Of a stretch of DNA of 64,000 nucleotides, positions 40,202 through 53,700 are shown piece by piece (within the stretch, counting starts at the first letter, position 1; each line of letters opens with the position of its first letter). Location of the stretch: contig BDGG01000009.1 of the NCBI GenBank assembly GCA_001949185.1, positions 1,477,624 through 1,541,623 on the forward strand. Reading direction: 5' to 3'. This DNA comes from Ramazzottius varieornatus (taxonomy: Eukaryota > Animalia > Tardigrada). A program made the position numbers and the translations under genes. The notes under the pieces were generated by a model that was not told the DNA's origin, searched no databases, and saw only the letters and a program-made list of their open reading frames with translations.

Positions 40202-40939
40202 ATGACATCGGCAACAAGAAGCTTGTCCAAGATCGCGGAACCTTGGTCTCAACGATGGCGACGATTCATCACTTTCAGCGACATTCATCATATTTCCCTG
40301 CAGGCAGCTTCTACCGCTGTCTACATCTTTGCTGGCAATGTTCTGGAACAAATGATTGTGGAGAATAAAAACTACTGGACAGTCGATTGGTCTACAGTCA
40401 TCAAGTTTACCGTAATCAATCTGTTTATCGTATTCCCCATCACCTATGGCTGGCTGAGTTTTCTGGAGAAGAGGCTCGTGCCGCCCGGAAGTCAGCAGGA
40501 TGCTCTGAAAAAGACCGCTCTGGACCAGTTCGTCTTCGTTCCGTTATTCACCGCCTTTTTTATATGCTTAATCGGACTGATCGACAGTAGAGGATGGGAA
40601 GACACCAGGAAGAGATTTGGAGAGGTAACAGTGCGATACAGGCGAAGAACCTTCATCAGCATGGAAAACCCTAAACAACAGGCTGGCTGTATTATTTGCT
40701 TGTCATTAGCAGGACTGGCTGGCTGTCTTGGGCAACAACTTCCGCTTATGGCCCTTGATACAATATCTCAACTTTTCTTACATTCATTTCAACCGCAGGA
40801 TACTCTTCATCAAGTAAGCAATAGGTAATCTTGCTATGTGCTACTGACGAATTTCTAGCGAAAAATGCTGGTGGTTCGGTTTTGTAGCTCCGTCGAGTTC
40901 TTATGGAGCATGTGGATGATGTATCGTTACACTTCGTAA
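40202..40939 (+). CDS. second Mpv17/PMP22 family protein
   Basis: GNVLEQ; KKTALDQFVFVP; NNFRLWPLIQYLNF; FLWSMWM. Confidence 0.8.
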
Positions 40940-41059
40940 CGACAAAAACGAGCCATCCATCAAGCAGTCATCAAAGACATGCGGCGGAAGTGGCGAACGG
41001 ATATACCGCATCAACTGGGCGGAAATCTCGTTGGCCAGCTAGAATAAAACTTGCTGCTT

Positions 41060-42354
41060 TCAGCCTGACACTTCTTCAAGCTTCTGACTAAGCTCTAAGA
41101 GGAAACGGTTGACGGGGAAGCCGACTATGGTGTAGAAACAGCCGCTAAATGACTCGATAAGGGCCGCTCCCAGGCCCTGAATTCCGTATCCCCCAGCTTT
41201 GTCTCTGGAAAGCCAGACAGAGCCATACAGCATTATATCTTCTGCTTTTTGACCTGGCTGTCTTTCTGCCACGCATTCACTCACAGTCCTTCCTTGCTTT
41301 CCGCGTACCATTGTATCGTAGCGTCGTCCAACTTGGCAAAAGTGACCTGCGACTGTACCGAGAAAGTATGTGTGGTGTCCGTCGGAGACTTCGAACCTGC
41401 CTTTGTCGAAACTACAGCGGCAAAAAGACCTTTCACAATAGTAAGGCGATAGCCAAGAACAATCGATAGAAGGCAGAGGTGATGAAATCAATTACCAGGA
41501 GGAAGTAATGCGTGAGCATCCAGCGAGAAGGAGACAGCCGTGATAACGTGGTGAATCCGTCCGCTAAGCCTACAGAAATTACCTGAGAGGCTTCCGAATG
41601 ATCTGCTCGCTGTACCTCGTTACAGCTCTAGTACTGCATACGTGACGATAGGGGTATCCGAATAGAATGGCAACGAATGCTAAGAAAAATACCTTACTGC
41701 CTGACCATTCGGGCGTTTTCCGCCACGGACTTCGGCTTCTCCAGAATGGTATTTTCGTCCACAACCACCGTGTCCGCTGCAAAAGAGGCAGTTTTCATTA
41801 TATAATAACGATGACTGTAAGCAGTATAATCATACTTTAACGAGCCAAACGGAAATGCCAATGATCGTACGAGTATCAGGGACCGGAAGTCGGCATACTC
41901 ACCGGCCACTACGATTGCTGGTCGTCTTGCCAAGTCCGTCTGCGACGTGCACATCTTCTCAGTTATGGGCAATCTACTGGGTTAAGTAAAACGTTGTTTT
42001 TTAACCTTCTTATCCGGCGACGCTTCATTTCGGGTAGCTGGACGTCGTTCATTGAGATGTCCAATAGCATACGCCAGCTTATTCTGCACATTTGCCAGAA
42101 CGTAGTCAACCGGGCTGCCGAAATTCCGGTAATCCATGTTCTCGACAGATTCAGGAATCGATAACTGGGTTAGGTCGGTGACACCCTGCCATGAACGAAT
42201 AAGAAGATCAACAGAGTGGAACAGAGTAGGCTTTGAAGGATGCTTTTGTAGAGCTTACCAGCATTTGGGCGAAGATTTCCAGTCTACGAGGAGAGCCACT
42301 CGCCAGCAGGACTTCGTAGCGCTGCAGGAACTCAATGGCTTTGACTAGCGACAT
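41060..42354 (-). CDS. stand-alone Maf-family nucleotide pyrophosphatase
   Basis: [10 protein letters not shown]; ADTVVV..ILEKP; [12 protein letters not shown]; [10 protein letters not shown]; IVGFPV. Confidence 0.88.
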
Positions 42355-42459
42355 GACGCAGCACTCAGACCAAGGCGCTAAAGCGTAGGAATCGCGAATC
42401 GGTAGGATGACCGATGCTCTGGATTATGGGGCGGGAGAAATACCAAAATGTCAAAATCC

Positions 42460-42568
42460 GGTTAGGTGTGACATATCTGTGTCATGTCATGTTATGTGTG
42501 TGACATCTGTCAGCGACCCCGTGACATCTGTTTAACATGATAGGGTGTCTCGGACACCGCAGGTCCGC
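42460..42568 (-). repeat. dispersed repeat, copy B
   Basis: Reverse-complement homology to 32319-32435. Confidence 0.6.
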
Positions 42569-42962
42569 AGTCCCATCTCCAAAGTTTACCGTCTCATGAC
42601 CTCAAGAACGTTTACCACACGTTTAGCTACTAGGCACCGATGTCAGAAGAGTTGTTTATTGCTATCGGGGAACAAATTAAGTTGCGATTTATGATTCCTG
42701 TGTCGAGTAGATGTGTACACTTCGTCGAGTAAACTCTGCTCATAAAAAAGAACAAACGATCTGGTACCGTACATACTGACGCTACTGGTATCCAATGGTA
42801 AACCACAGCAAAGTTTGTATCGCTAGATAGTCGTAAGTCACAGCTGTTGAAATAAATGGAAAACATGATTGTTAGACTGCGGCTTGTGCGAGAAAAATGT
42901 CCTTGAAAGCTGCTCGACCACGTACTCCGACCTCAACACTGGGTTTGGGTTCCCGCTAATTC

Positions 42963-43668
42963 CTAACCGTACCTGAAGACAAATACAATTTCAATTTTGA
43001 CTACGAGGTTAACGACATAATTCGGGCATCGTGGTTTTTCGCTCGTAATTCGGCCATAACTTTTCTCAGCGTTTGCTGTGCACAATGAGCTGCTCCTTGT
43101 TTCCTGAGGTAAACTGGTCCCTCTCCTCGAGGTTTTGATAGGTTTGAGAACGACAAAGCGTTGTGGATCACGTGAATTTGGCCTGGGGGAGGGATGGGTC
43201 TGTTCAATGTCGAAAAGCCTAATGTTGTATCAACAGGCGTACGATGAGAGATGAATCAAGCATTGACGATAATGTTTAAACGTTTCGCGTTGCCCGAATT
43301 ATGGTGCGAAAATCGGTATGCCAGAATTATGTCGTTTACCTCGTATGGTGCATACTGATTCTATAGAAATATCAGTGTTGATAAGCATGGACCGACCTGG
43401 AACGCCCTTGGTGCTGGTAGAACTTGTCCAGTCCATGTAAGCGCTTCAGAGTTTCGGCCAGGCTGTGAAGCTTCTGGAAGTCGGGAGGAGGTAACATGGC
43501 GCCTTCTCGCCGATACAAGCCTTCTCCGGGGTTATAATTAGCATAGGAGGAAGGGTCCGCAAACAGCATGTCCAGGTCAACAAGAGCTGATCGCTTCTGC
43601 GCCGAAACCACGAGCATCATCACCGACAAGCAAATCAAGAGTAAACAAGAAAGACGAGCTGGCATCAT
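42963..43668 (-). CDS. neuropeptide F/Y-like precursor (2 coding exons)
   Basis: Signal peptide; RR site; 38-aa peptide ending FYQHQGRS-R|YG-stop, with an intron splitting the penultimate Arg codon (AG|G) as in NPY/NPF genes. Confidence 0.75.
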
Positions 43669-44627
43669 TGTGCATAAAGAACCCTTCGGCGCTGTCAAAG
43701 TTCGAGACTGGGAAGATTCAGCGGTAATACCTCAGCAGTGCTCCACAATTTCGACAGGACTTGCTTGATCTAAGAGTGAAAGGCGGAAAGCTGTAGCTGT
43801 TGGGGACTGCAGCGAGTCAAGGAGCTTTCCGTATAAGTATAGTGGAGGTGCGTGATGCTTGACGCGCTGAGGTCGCAGTGGGCACGAGCGTCCCTGAAGA
43901 TGTTGACAACAACAGGACAAAGAATCTCGGCATGAGCGTGAGCAACGGTGGGAAACTCCACAGTTGGCACCAGTGTGGACTTGGCTCTTACTCTTCGTTC
44001 AAACAGTGGTCCGCACCGGAAGTGAGTGTCGTAAGATGGCGTAAGATGGCAACGCCCTTTCAGCATGTCCAAGGCTTCCCGCACGTACCGGAATTTAGCT
44101 CTGGCTGGCGAACTAGAGCTCCGCCATTAGAAATGGCATCAACCGTCGTCACTTAGGACATCATTAGAGAGCAGTACAATGTTAATCATCCCACCACTTC
44201 CTTTCGTTGCCTTTTGGCAAATTCCTTTGGGAAGAGTAAAGTGCAGTCGGTCTTCCGGACGACACCACGCCAGCTTGGTATTCATAATAGCCTCCAGCCA
44301 GTTCATGACGCAGACGCACTAAGGCCATCTAACAAGCAAGGAAATATTTGCCTCACATTTAATAGCAATGCTAAATCTATCAACCAACGTTAGTTCGTAG
44401 AGGATACAAATTACGTCTCAGAAAACCAGACAAAAGCGGCGCCACGAGGAACACAAAACGACGAAGGAATGCGTCACGCAAAGACCGGAAACAGAATTAG
44501 TCTAACAACAAATACTTTTCGGACAAAACAGAAAGAATCAGAAGACAGCAAAATAAGCTGTACTTGCCGTCCAGCTGCCAAGGCGGCATATTTCGCATAC
44601 ATCCACTTTGTCGGCGTCAGTCTCTGA

Positions 44628-46832
44628 CTAGGGACACAGCCAGCCGCCGAAAGCCCTTTCCAGCTCTTTGGCCACAGCCAGGGAAAATCGATCGTTGTAG
44701 TGGTTACTCACCTGAAAAACAAGATAAGACAGGTGAATCTTGAGGTAATCCAACTGTAGGTACAATGTACCTAATACGGGACACTTACGACTTGGACACC
44801 CAAAGGAAGGTTGTTACTATCCAGACCAAGAGGAATATGGGTACTGGGCAAACCTGAAAAAAACACTTTGAGCAGCCCTGTGCACAACAAAAAAATCATC
44901 ATTCAGCCCACCTAGAACGTTGAATATGGCGGTGTAGGCAAAGTTGAAGGGCATCAGCAGCGGCTGATGGTGGAAAGGCGCTGTACGCGGATGTGTGGGA
45001 TAGATGAAGACACCATCCGGCCCCAACATCTTCACAAAGGTCTCCTCTAGTTCTGCACACATCTGGACAAAGTGCTCTTGTCGTTCGGGGAACTTGGCCG
45101 TTACCTCTTCTGTCAGTCCCAGAGCGACGGCCGGGAAGGTGTGGGGCGACAGGCCCAAGAACCACTTGGCCAGCTCCGTATAAGGGTTGACCTTCCCTTC
45201 TCTGTTGGCCATATCCTCGGTGAATGTGTGGTCGTCCATGGACATCATGGACGACCAGACGTCCAGCGAGAAGCGGAGAGGCTTGATGGGCTCGAAGGAG
45301 ACCATCTCGGCGCCACAGCGGCTCTCCAAGTGATGAACGGCATCCATCAGTGCCTTCTTGATCGACGTCTGGACAGGCGAAATCAGTGGGAAACCACCGT
45401 CGTCCACTGCGAAGTACAGCTTTAACTTTGAGAGGTCGACGGGCTGGTCGAGGAGAAGACGATCGGCCTTGGAAGCCAGAAGCACCTACGAGAAGATGGC
45501 GCTGCACTTACGGCCTTTCCCATAATCCATCAAAGATACACTGTATTTCTAAGCTGTACAGAAAAGCAGGCATCTCCACTACGTTTAGCGTACAGTGAGA
45601 GTATGATACCTTGTACATGGGGATCAGATCCTCGGAGAAGCGACACATCGGACCCGTCACCAGGAACTTTGACAGAGCACCCGAAGCGTCTAAAATACAA
45701 TTGTTCATCTCCAGTATTACGTGCCGAGTAGCGGCTTCCCAGCATGACGAAAGATCAATAGAAGCTTACCGGGAAACTGGCCAGCGTTTGAGACTAATCC
45801 GAAGGTTGGTTTGTGTCCGAAGATACCGTTGAAGAAAGCCGGCATGCGGATGGAGCCTCCAATGTCAGAGCCGATGCCCATTGGCGAGCCACACGACGCC
45901 AGCAGCGCTAAACGAAATGCACACATATCAATGAACTGAAGATAGCCAGATGAAGCTAGTTAAGTTTGAGGCAAGGGAGGCGGCCTACCCGCTTCACCAC
46001 CAGAGGAGCCCCCAACCGTTCGTCGGGTATCGTAGGGGTTGCGAGTTTGACCGTAAATCTTATTACTCGATTCCCACCACATGCAGATTTCCGACACATT
46101 GCTCACCGCCAGCGCAATACCACCTGCAAGAATCAGCGTCCAATACTTTTATCCATCGACACGTTGACAGGAGGTTGTGGACTAAGAAGCCTTCCTGCTT
46201 CGTACCAGCTGCCCGCATCAGCCTCACACAATCCGCGTCTTCCTTGGCTACAAAGCCTTTCCTCAAGTAAAGTCCCGACGTGTTGGGCAGACCCACCACG
46301 CGCATACACTCTTTGCAGGTGAATGGTACACCTGCAAAACATATTATGGATAATCAACTCGCTCTTCGCTGTAGAGCGAATGATAATCTGACGGAAAACC
46401 ATGCTCACCCAGAAATGGTTTTTTGTCCACAGAGAATTCATCGCTCAGTGAGCCACTTTCCAGCAGACGATCCACCTGGCGGGCTTCTCGTCGGGCTTCT
46501 TCGAAACGGTCGGCAACGACGGCATTGATGATGGGGTTGACATCCTTGATACGCGTGATGAACTCTTCCACCACATCAGCACTGCGAATTTCACGGGCAC
46601 GAATCTTCCGAGATAGGAAAGTGGCCGACTCCAGCAGAAGAGTGGAGCGAGGTGCTGGAAGGAAGACTCTCGGGTGGAAGGCCGAGTAGTACAGTCCAAA
46701 GAGGACATCTGTCACACAGTCCAGGATAATCCTGACGAGGAAACACCAGTAGAATGCCACCGTCTTCACCACAGAAACCACCGACAGATGCTCACGGTCC
46801 ACCGTGAACATCTCGACCTTCAGTCTGTCCAT
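44628..46832 (-). CDS. FAAH2: fatty-acid amide hydrolase 2-like amidase
   Basis: [13 protein letters not shown]; KKPFLG; GGSSGGE; amidase signature [25 protein letters not shown]; LERAFGGW. Confidence 0.92.
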
Positions 46833-47276
46833 CCTGGCCTCTTCGCTCACCACCTGCTACAATAGTCCTTTACAATCCCGTGCGATTAAAGAAACAGCAG
46901 AGGGGGGATGGAAATAGGAAGATTTAGACCAAACATCCAAACAGAGTTAGCAGACCGATCCTGCTGATGGGCGGATCTACCTCAACCGGAAATACGTCAC
47001 TCGTCGACGCGTCTGTGTGACAAGTCGACTGTGGTTCCATTGATCGTTGATTGGAAGGCCCAGGCCTAGTAAATTTACTCTGGTGATTCGGAATGGAAGT
47101 TACTTGCTCCAGAGTCCAGACGGATTCAGTTCCGTCACTTCTGTGCTAGTTCATCCATTCTGTGTCGCACTCTTAGAACTGGTGTGGTAATTCGAATAGC
47201 AGCCGAGCTTGCTTGCACTCGGAGACTTCGTTGGGCCCAGGAATCCCGCGTAGGGATCGTCACTGGGAGCTGAAGG

Positions 47277-49285
47277 ATGCATTCGACCGGAGGTGGGTGG
47301 GTAACATAGTCTGTTTCTACTTTAGTGGAGTTCCCAGGTTAAACGCCATAATAGTGACCCGGGATGCGTATCTGCGTTAGTATCGCTGTTCTAAACTAAT
47401 GGAAGAGTGCTCGTAGGTCTGGTTAAGCTGCGGACGCTGTGCGACTCGAGGATCACCAGTCAACAATGCGCCACTGCCACAAGGCTCTTCATCAGGGAGA
47501 AGCACGATAGCCACCTTGGCAATGCTGCCAACAGGCATGTCGAGGGACCGGATCATGTCCCACAGGTTCCCACATCGGCGAAATCCAGCATCTTGGGCAA
47601 CATGAAGAGAGGTCGTGGTGGACGCTCCTCCTTTAGTGGCATCGTGGCCACTGTCTTTGGTGCTTCGCAAAGAGCCCTCGTTGCCCCTGTCCTTATCAAT
47701 GCCTTAGGTACGTAATATGCAAAACTTCCGGTAACCCCCTCGGCTGTGCTTATGAGGTTGCGGATGAGTAATCGGCGACTGACAAGTGATTGTGTCTTCT
47801 AGGTAAAATTGGCTCGCAGATCATCGTAGCGCACAGGTGCGACCCTTATGATGTCAAAGACTTCAAGCTGATGGGTGATCTGGGGCAAATCTTGTTCCAC
47901 CAAGTCGACCTTCGCGATGAAGCAGCCATTAGGAAGAGCATGAAGTACTCCAACGTTGTCATCAACCTCATAGGAAGAGACTACGAGACCAAGTAAGCTC
48001 GTCACATTGTCCAACGACTCAAATATTGGCTACTTTCTTAACCTTAAATTTCATCTTTTCTTCTGCAGAAACTTTAGCTTCGAACAAGTGCATGTGGAAG
48101 GGGCTCGTCGTCTAGCCCGCATCGCAAGAGAGACAGGTGTTGGGACATTCATCCACTTGTCTGCTCTGAACGCTGCCGAGAAGCCAAAGAGATGCATTCT
48201 TCCTGGTGGTTCAAAGTTTCTGGCCTCGAAGGTTAGTCTTGCGTAGTGTTTTCGCTGACAATATCTAGTGTGAAACGCTTAATCTGTTGGAGTAACCTGG
48301 TGCTTTTTCTAGTGGAGAGGTGAGAACGCAGTGAGGGAAGAGTTTCCCGATGCAATCATCATGCGACCAGCAGACATTTTCGGACCCGAAGATCGCTTCT
48401 TCAACTACTACGCCCGACCGTGGCGAAAGAACGCAACCTATATGCCTTTGTGGAAGTCCGGCGAACAAACGATCAAACAGCCAGTATACGTAAGTCTCTA
48501 GTGCCCATTTAGTTTCCTTTTCCAGACTGTATTAAGGCAGTTACGGACGTTTGCAGGTTGGAGACGTGTGCGAGGGCATCGTCAAATCCATCTCGGACAA
48601 GGACGCTCCCGGCCGGACTTATGACCTTGTGGGGTCAGTCAGATTCAAATTGCAATCGACATTACATTAGCACGAAATGTAACTTGTGCTTTCATCCGTA
48701 GTCCAAGACGGTACTACCTCAGTGATCTGGTGGACTGGATGCATTTAGTCATGCGGAGAAATCCCGAATTTTGGGGATATATCAGAGGCCCTTTGGACCC
48801 CATCACAGCGTACGTTAACTGCCATAGTCCCGCATAGCTGAGAAGGTCTGTGTGGAGAAGAGTTAAACCTGTTTTCGGTTACAGGTTCAAGATCTTTTGC
48901 TCGACTTTCTTCGCCTACAACACGCCCAGGATGACGATGGAGCGGACGGAAAGGGAATACGTTACGGACGTGCGGACACCGGGAAACCTCGATCTAGAGG
49001 ATTTGGGACTGACCAGCCTGAAAAATTTGGAAGACTACGCCCCTTGGCACCTAAAACCCTACCGAGCATTTAACTACTACACGGAAGAACTAGGTAGGCT
49101 GCGCATGAATTTCTCATCTGCCAGATGTTGCAGTTTGTGTGTGAGTTGACCGATAAGTTTTGTCCGCAGGTGAGTTTCCGGACCCGGGATTTCCCTACTC
49201 AATGCCTGGAGATAAGAAGAGCGCTTTTGACGACGACTACCTTCCAGCGCTGCCCAAAGACTGGCTACCCAGAATTATCTACTGA
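47277..49285 (+). CDS. NDUFA9: NADH dehydrogenase 1 alpha subcomplex subunit 9
   Basis: RGRGGRSSFSGIVATVFGA; MGDLGQI; YSNVVINLIGRDYETKNF; RPADIFGPEDRF; KQPVYVGDV. Confidence 0.95.
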
Positions 49286-49586
49286 TTCTGGCGCTCCTCA
49301 GGGCTTGGCCACATAGCCTGCGTGCTCGTGAATTGTGACAGTTTGGCTGAATGTTCGTTAGTCTGGAATCAGCATAAACAATATCACGTATATTTAGTTT
49401 CCAAAATCTGTGTATACTGTATAGTAATAGGTGAAACTTTTGTTTGATGGTATCTTTGGGTGGCACTCATTGCATATATCTGCAAAAATTGCGCAAAAGC
49501 CCTCTGATTTCACTTGGAAAGTTCATTGAAAGAGTTGTGTGGACGATGTTTAAAAAGACACTGGTGATATTAATTCTATCCTATAA

Positions 49587-50240
49587 TTATATATTGGGCT
49601 GTCTTGTGAAGCAGTCACCGGTCTCTGGAACGCTATCGAAATATTTGCTATAGGGTCCAGATCTTCGTGCAATTATGAGAGCGGTTTCGCCAGCTGCAGA
49701 TTTCAGTGAGACGTCTATGCAAGGATGCGAAAGTAAACAGAGAATCATGTCTCCAGCTTGGCGATTACTAGCTGCTAGATGCAAAGCAGTAAGGCCGTTA
49801 TTCGTTACTGCATTGACATCCGCCCCGTTATGAAGCAATATCTTTGCCGTGGCTGGACAATTCCATCTGGCAGCGCTGTGGAGAGGTTCCCATCCGTCGT
49901 TTGTCCTAGCTCGAACAGATGCATGGCGGAAAATGAGCTCGGCGGCCATTTCAGCGTGATCGTTGTAGGATGCGCGGTGTAACGCTGTGTAGCCATCTGA
50001 ATCACTCGCGTGTAGTAAAGATGGGTTCTCGTCAAGCAGACTTCGCACAAGATCAAGGTGGTTCTTCTCGGCAGCGTACAGGAATCGCTCGGCGATATCT
50101 TTGATGGTTAATGGATCCACTTCGCACTCTTCGTCGCTTTCCTCGTTCTCCATGTTGTACGACTCCAAGCAGGACATGATTTCCTGCATTTTCCTCTCAA
50201 GCGACTCCTCCGTTTCCTCCTGAAGCAGCTCCTCGTCCAT
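49587..50240 (-). CDS. ANKRD49: ankyrin repeat domain protein 49-like
   Basis: Acidic N-terminus; AAEKN; DSDGYTALHRASY; DGWEPLHSAARWN; TALHLAAS. Confidence 0.8.
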   Translation of the reverse strand: MDEELLQEETEESLERKMQEIMSCLESYNMENEESDEECEVDPLTIKDIAERFLYAAEKNHLDLVRSLLDENPSLLHASDSDGYTALHRASYNDHAEMAAELIFRHASVRARTNDGWEPLHSAARWNCPATAKILLHNGADVNAVTNNGLTALHLAASNRQAGDMILCLLSHPCIDVSLKSAAGETALIIARRSGPYSKYFDSVPETGDCFTRQPNI

Positions 50241-50719
50241 TTTCTGCAGCAAAAAGACCGAGTGCACAGGAGTGATCTAACTGTCTCAAAGTCCAGAATC
50301 TGGATACGAGTAGATATGCAATCTACTTCCGGTGGCCCATTGTGGAGTGTGGACAAGTACCAGTTGATCTGTTGTGGTTTGATTGAAATCCCTCTGTGAC
50401 ATGACATCATGACTGTGTACCGTAGGTCACACTGATGACATGCGGATTTCGCTACCATGCGCCCATCCTCGCCACCATGGTCCATTCATGGATTTGTGGA
50501 GCGAGTTTCTCCGCTCACCTGGATCATTGGTTACCCGATCGATCGATAGTACCTTTCCGCTGCGATATGGATCAGCGAGATGCCCATAAAATTTCTCATG
50601 TGTAGGGCTGCAGGCAACTTCCAAAATTTCAGGATTAACTGGACCTTTTCTCTTGTATAAGGAACAAGGCCGGGTTTCGGGAACCGAAAGCGCTAGTCCA
50701 TCCTACTTGGTCGCCGCGA

Positions 50720-53700
50720 ATGGAAGATCCTGTCGGTGCAACCGCGTACTATCGTTCTACGGACCCGCAGAAAAACTTCAAGATCAGGTAATTATAAGAT
50801 GAGGCTCCCTTGTTACGCAGAAAATCTGTAAGTTGGTTCTTCGTTTCAAATGCGATAGGCCAGGCAACGTGATTTTGCAGGGTACGAATACGAAAGTTGG
50901 TTCCTGCTGTCCCAAAGCCAATCAGCGGAGCGGCTCCTGCACCACTCGACCCAGATAAGTTGGTGGCAGAAGTGACGGATAATTATCCTGTGAGCGCAGC
51001 AGACCTTGAGCAAGAAGGATATTGTCGAACCTTTTCCTGGCAGGAACGAATCTACAGTCGAGTATGGTGTTTGCAAAGCTCGGTACAATGGACCCTGTTG
51101 AAAGTGGTGCGTCGTTTCAGGCGGAGCAGGTATTGTACAAGGACTTGAAGAACTGCGATACCCCCAGGAAGAAAGCTATCCATCAGGTCGTCATAGCCAT
51201 AACTGATGCCGAACGACAGTTCCATGACGGTCCTCTTTACACTTGGGTCGACGCTGATGTCAGCTCTGAAATGAATGCGGTTGGTCAGCTTTCATTTCTT
51301 TTACAGCTCCCAAATACGCCACAGTTGACAGGTCTTCAAGTATACTTGCTGGGTTTTTTCCCCAGCTAACTCCGCTGACGGATGACGAGAATGTTACGGA
51401 AACCCATCTGGGGACCGATGCCGCGCCCTACCGGCCACGACGACCTCGTATCGAAGATTTGTAAGTGGACTGGTTTGGCAAAGTTATATCCAGCTTGACG
51501 ACCAGACAACTGACAAATGTTATCCTAGGAGTTCACAGAATAATCAGCGGGAAGTTTTCCGTCTGATGTCACCGAGACACAATGTTGCTCGTGCTACAAC
51601 AGCCATGTTCATCATGGTGAACCTGACCGACACGAATGCACCGAAGTATAAGCCAACACTGACAAAATTCATCTTTTCAGCATTCAAGCTTACCAGAATT
51701 CATCTAGGCCGTCGAAGGACAATGGGATTCGTGTCCTGTGCAAAATGCAGGTTGATTCGGAGGGACTACTTGCTGTTCAACCAGATTTCAACGCCTCCAG
51801 AAGCCCTTACGTAATCGACGTCAGTCGCCCGGGTAAAGTCGCAGGTACTAGCTGAACTGGATACTCGGTTCTCACTTGAAAATGCCATCACCATGTTGTC
51901 ATCTAATGATACTGGCTTTCGGACCAGAAAAGTACGAATATCACCTGGAGCACGCTTCGGAAAATATGGCTCGGTAAGGGCCTCGGGTCCGATGGCCGTC
52001 TTGTAACTCGTACTTCCGCTATCTGTCGCAGCTCTTGAAAATGTCGTCTTCTAGCAGGATGGACTTGGAGAAAGAAAAGCAACTGTTCAGAGCCCTGTAC
52101 CAGCGCTACTCCAACCACCAAGCTGTCTTGGTGGGAAACGATTTCGATATGGTGAGCAAGCAAACATTCACTCGTACATCCTCCAATTATCTCATCTTAT
52201 GCACACCCTCCATCATTTTAGCCGAAGGATGGATACACCCGCCTTTACTATTCCGGAGAAATTGGTACCACAGCTATAGAAGGCTCGGCGAAGCTAAAAT
52301 AAGCCGTTCTTAGCCGTGGCTAAAAATATTTTAGCCGCGACTAAAATGTATTGTGCGTTCGATTGATTTATTGATGTTGAGTCGGCTAAAATAGTTTTGG
52401 CATCAATTAATCATTCGAACGCACAATACATTCTAGCCGTGGCTAAAAGTATTTTAGCTGCTTTAGCCGCGGCTGAAATATTTTTAGCCACGGCTAAGAA
52501 CGGTTAAAACGGCTTATTTTTAGCTTCGCCGAGCCTTCTATAACCATAGCAATGTTGTTTTCGATAAGTCAGACAGTCAGTTTGCGAAACAAAAGAGGTC
52601 AGATGGGTTAATGTAATAATATTTGCAGTTGATGCCGATGGGTTCGACCACGACGATCTATTTGTCCATTTCCTTCTGGAAATTCCATCAGGTATGCACG
52701 ATATAATTTCAAACAACCGGACAAGACCGCTACTTTTATGGTAATGGAAGATAATTTGTTGATGTCCCGACTAGGCATGAGGCTTTTTTTAAACGCCAGC
52801 TGCCTGACAGATTTACGTTTTATCGTTGTAGGGTGGACTAGCGAATGGGGTTCTTCGGGAGATAAAGAGCCGGCTCATTTTAGTTCACAAATTGCTCAGC
52901 GCCGGAAAGTACGGGAGGCTTCCTCATGTTGTGTTATGAGGGACTAGTGTGTTATTCTTGACCAAGAAATGTGCGAAGCAGGCTGGAAGGCACTTTTTCG
53001 GATGCCCTTTCGGGTGGAACATGGAGTACTCGGCGGAGTCGCACCTTCCGACAGATTCAAACTACCGCCTTGACTGGCCAAGGCTGCTCTTCGAAGTCGT
53101 CTCTCTGGATGCTTGGAACCGATACCGAGTTGAAGGTTATGGCTTCCTGGACGTCTTGTCAGCGGTTGGGTCCGCTGTGGAAACTGTCCATACCTGGATA
53201 CCGATTGGGGAAGGGAGCAACGCAAAGCTTCGACGATACTTGGTGGGTGGTGGAGCAGAGCTGGAGAACCTAAATTACGTGACCGTTCCTCGAGACTTCA
53301 AGGTTAGTTAGTTATCGAGTTACCTGTGCCTCTATGATCCTGCTTCCAGCTTGTTTGGTTCGCTTTCCCCAGGCCAAAGAATTCAGTCGGTATGGATTTC
53401 GCACTGCGGGCGCGGGAAGACTTCGAGTGCGACATACCTTGATAGTGCAACGCGGGTAAGCTTCCCACCGGTAATGTTCGGCTTTCTCCACACGAGGACG
53501 GACAACCAAGGCGTAAATCGGTACATTTCGTTGCAGAATTTCGACAAACGGTCAGAACAAGCTGTCGTATATCTCAAGTCGCTACCATCGGGGTTTCAGA
53601 GGAGATCCCCAAAGGGCATCGTACGTGATTACTCTTAGGAAATGCACACAATACACAATGTCACCTCATAAGACATCATCAAAAGACAGTATGCTTGCAG

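Noticed and set aside
15250-47000. Recurring CGTCAC in several promoters
   Set aside because: A 6-mer is expected dozens of times by chance in 64 kb; enrichment cannot be shown by eye.
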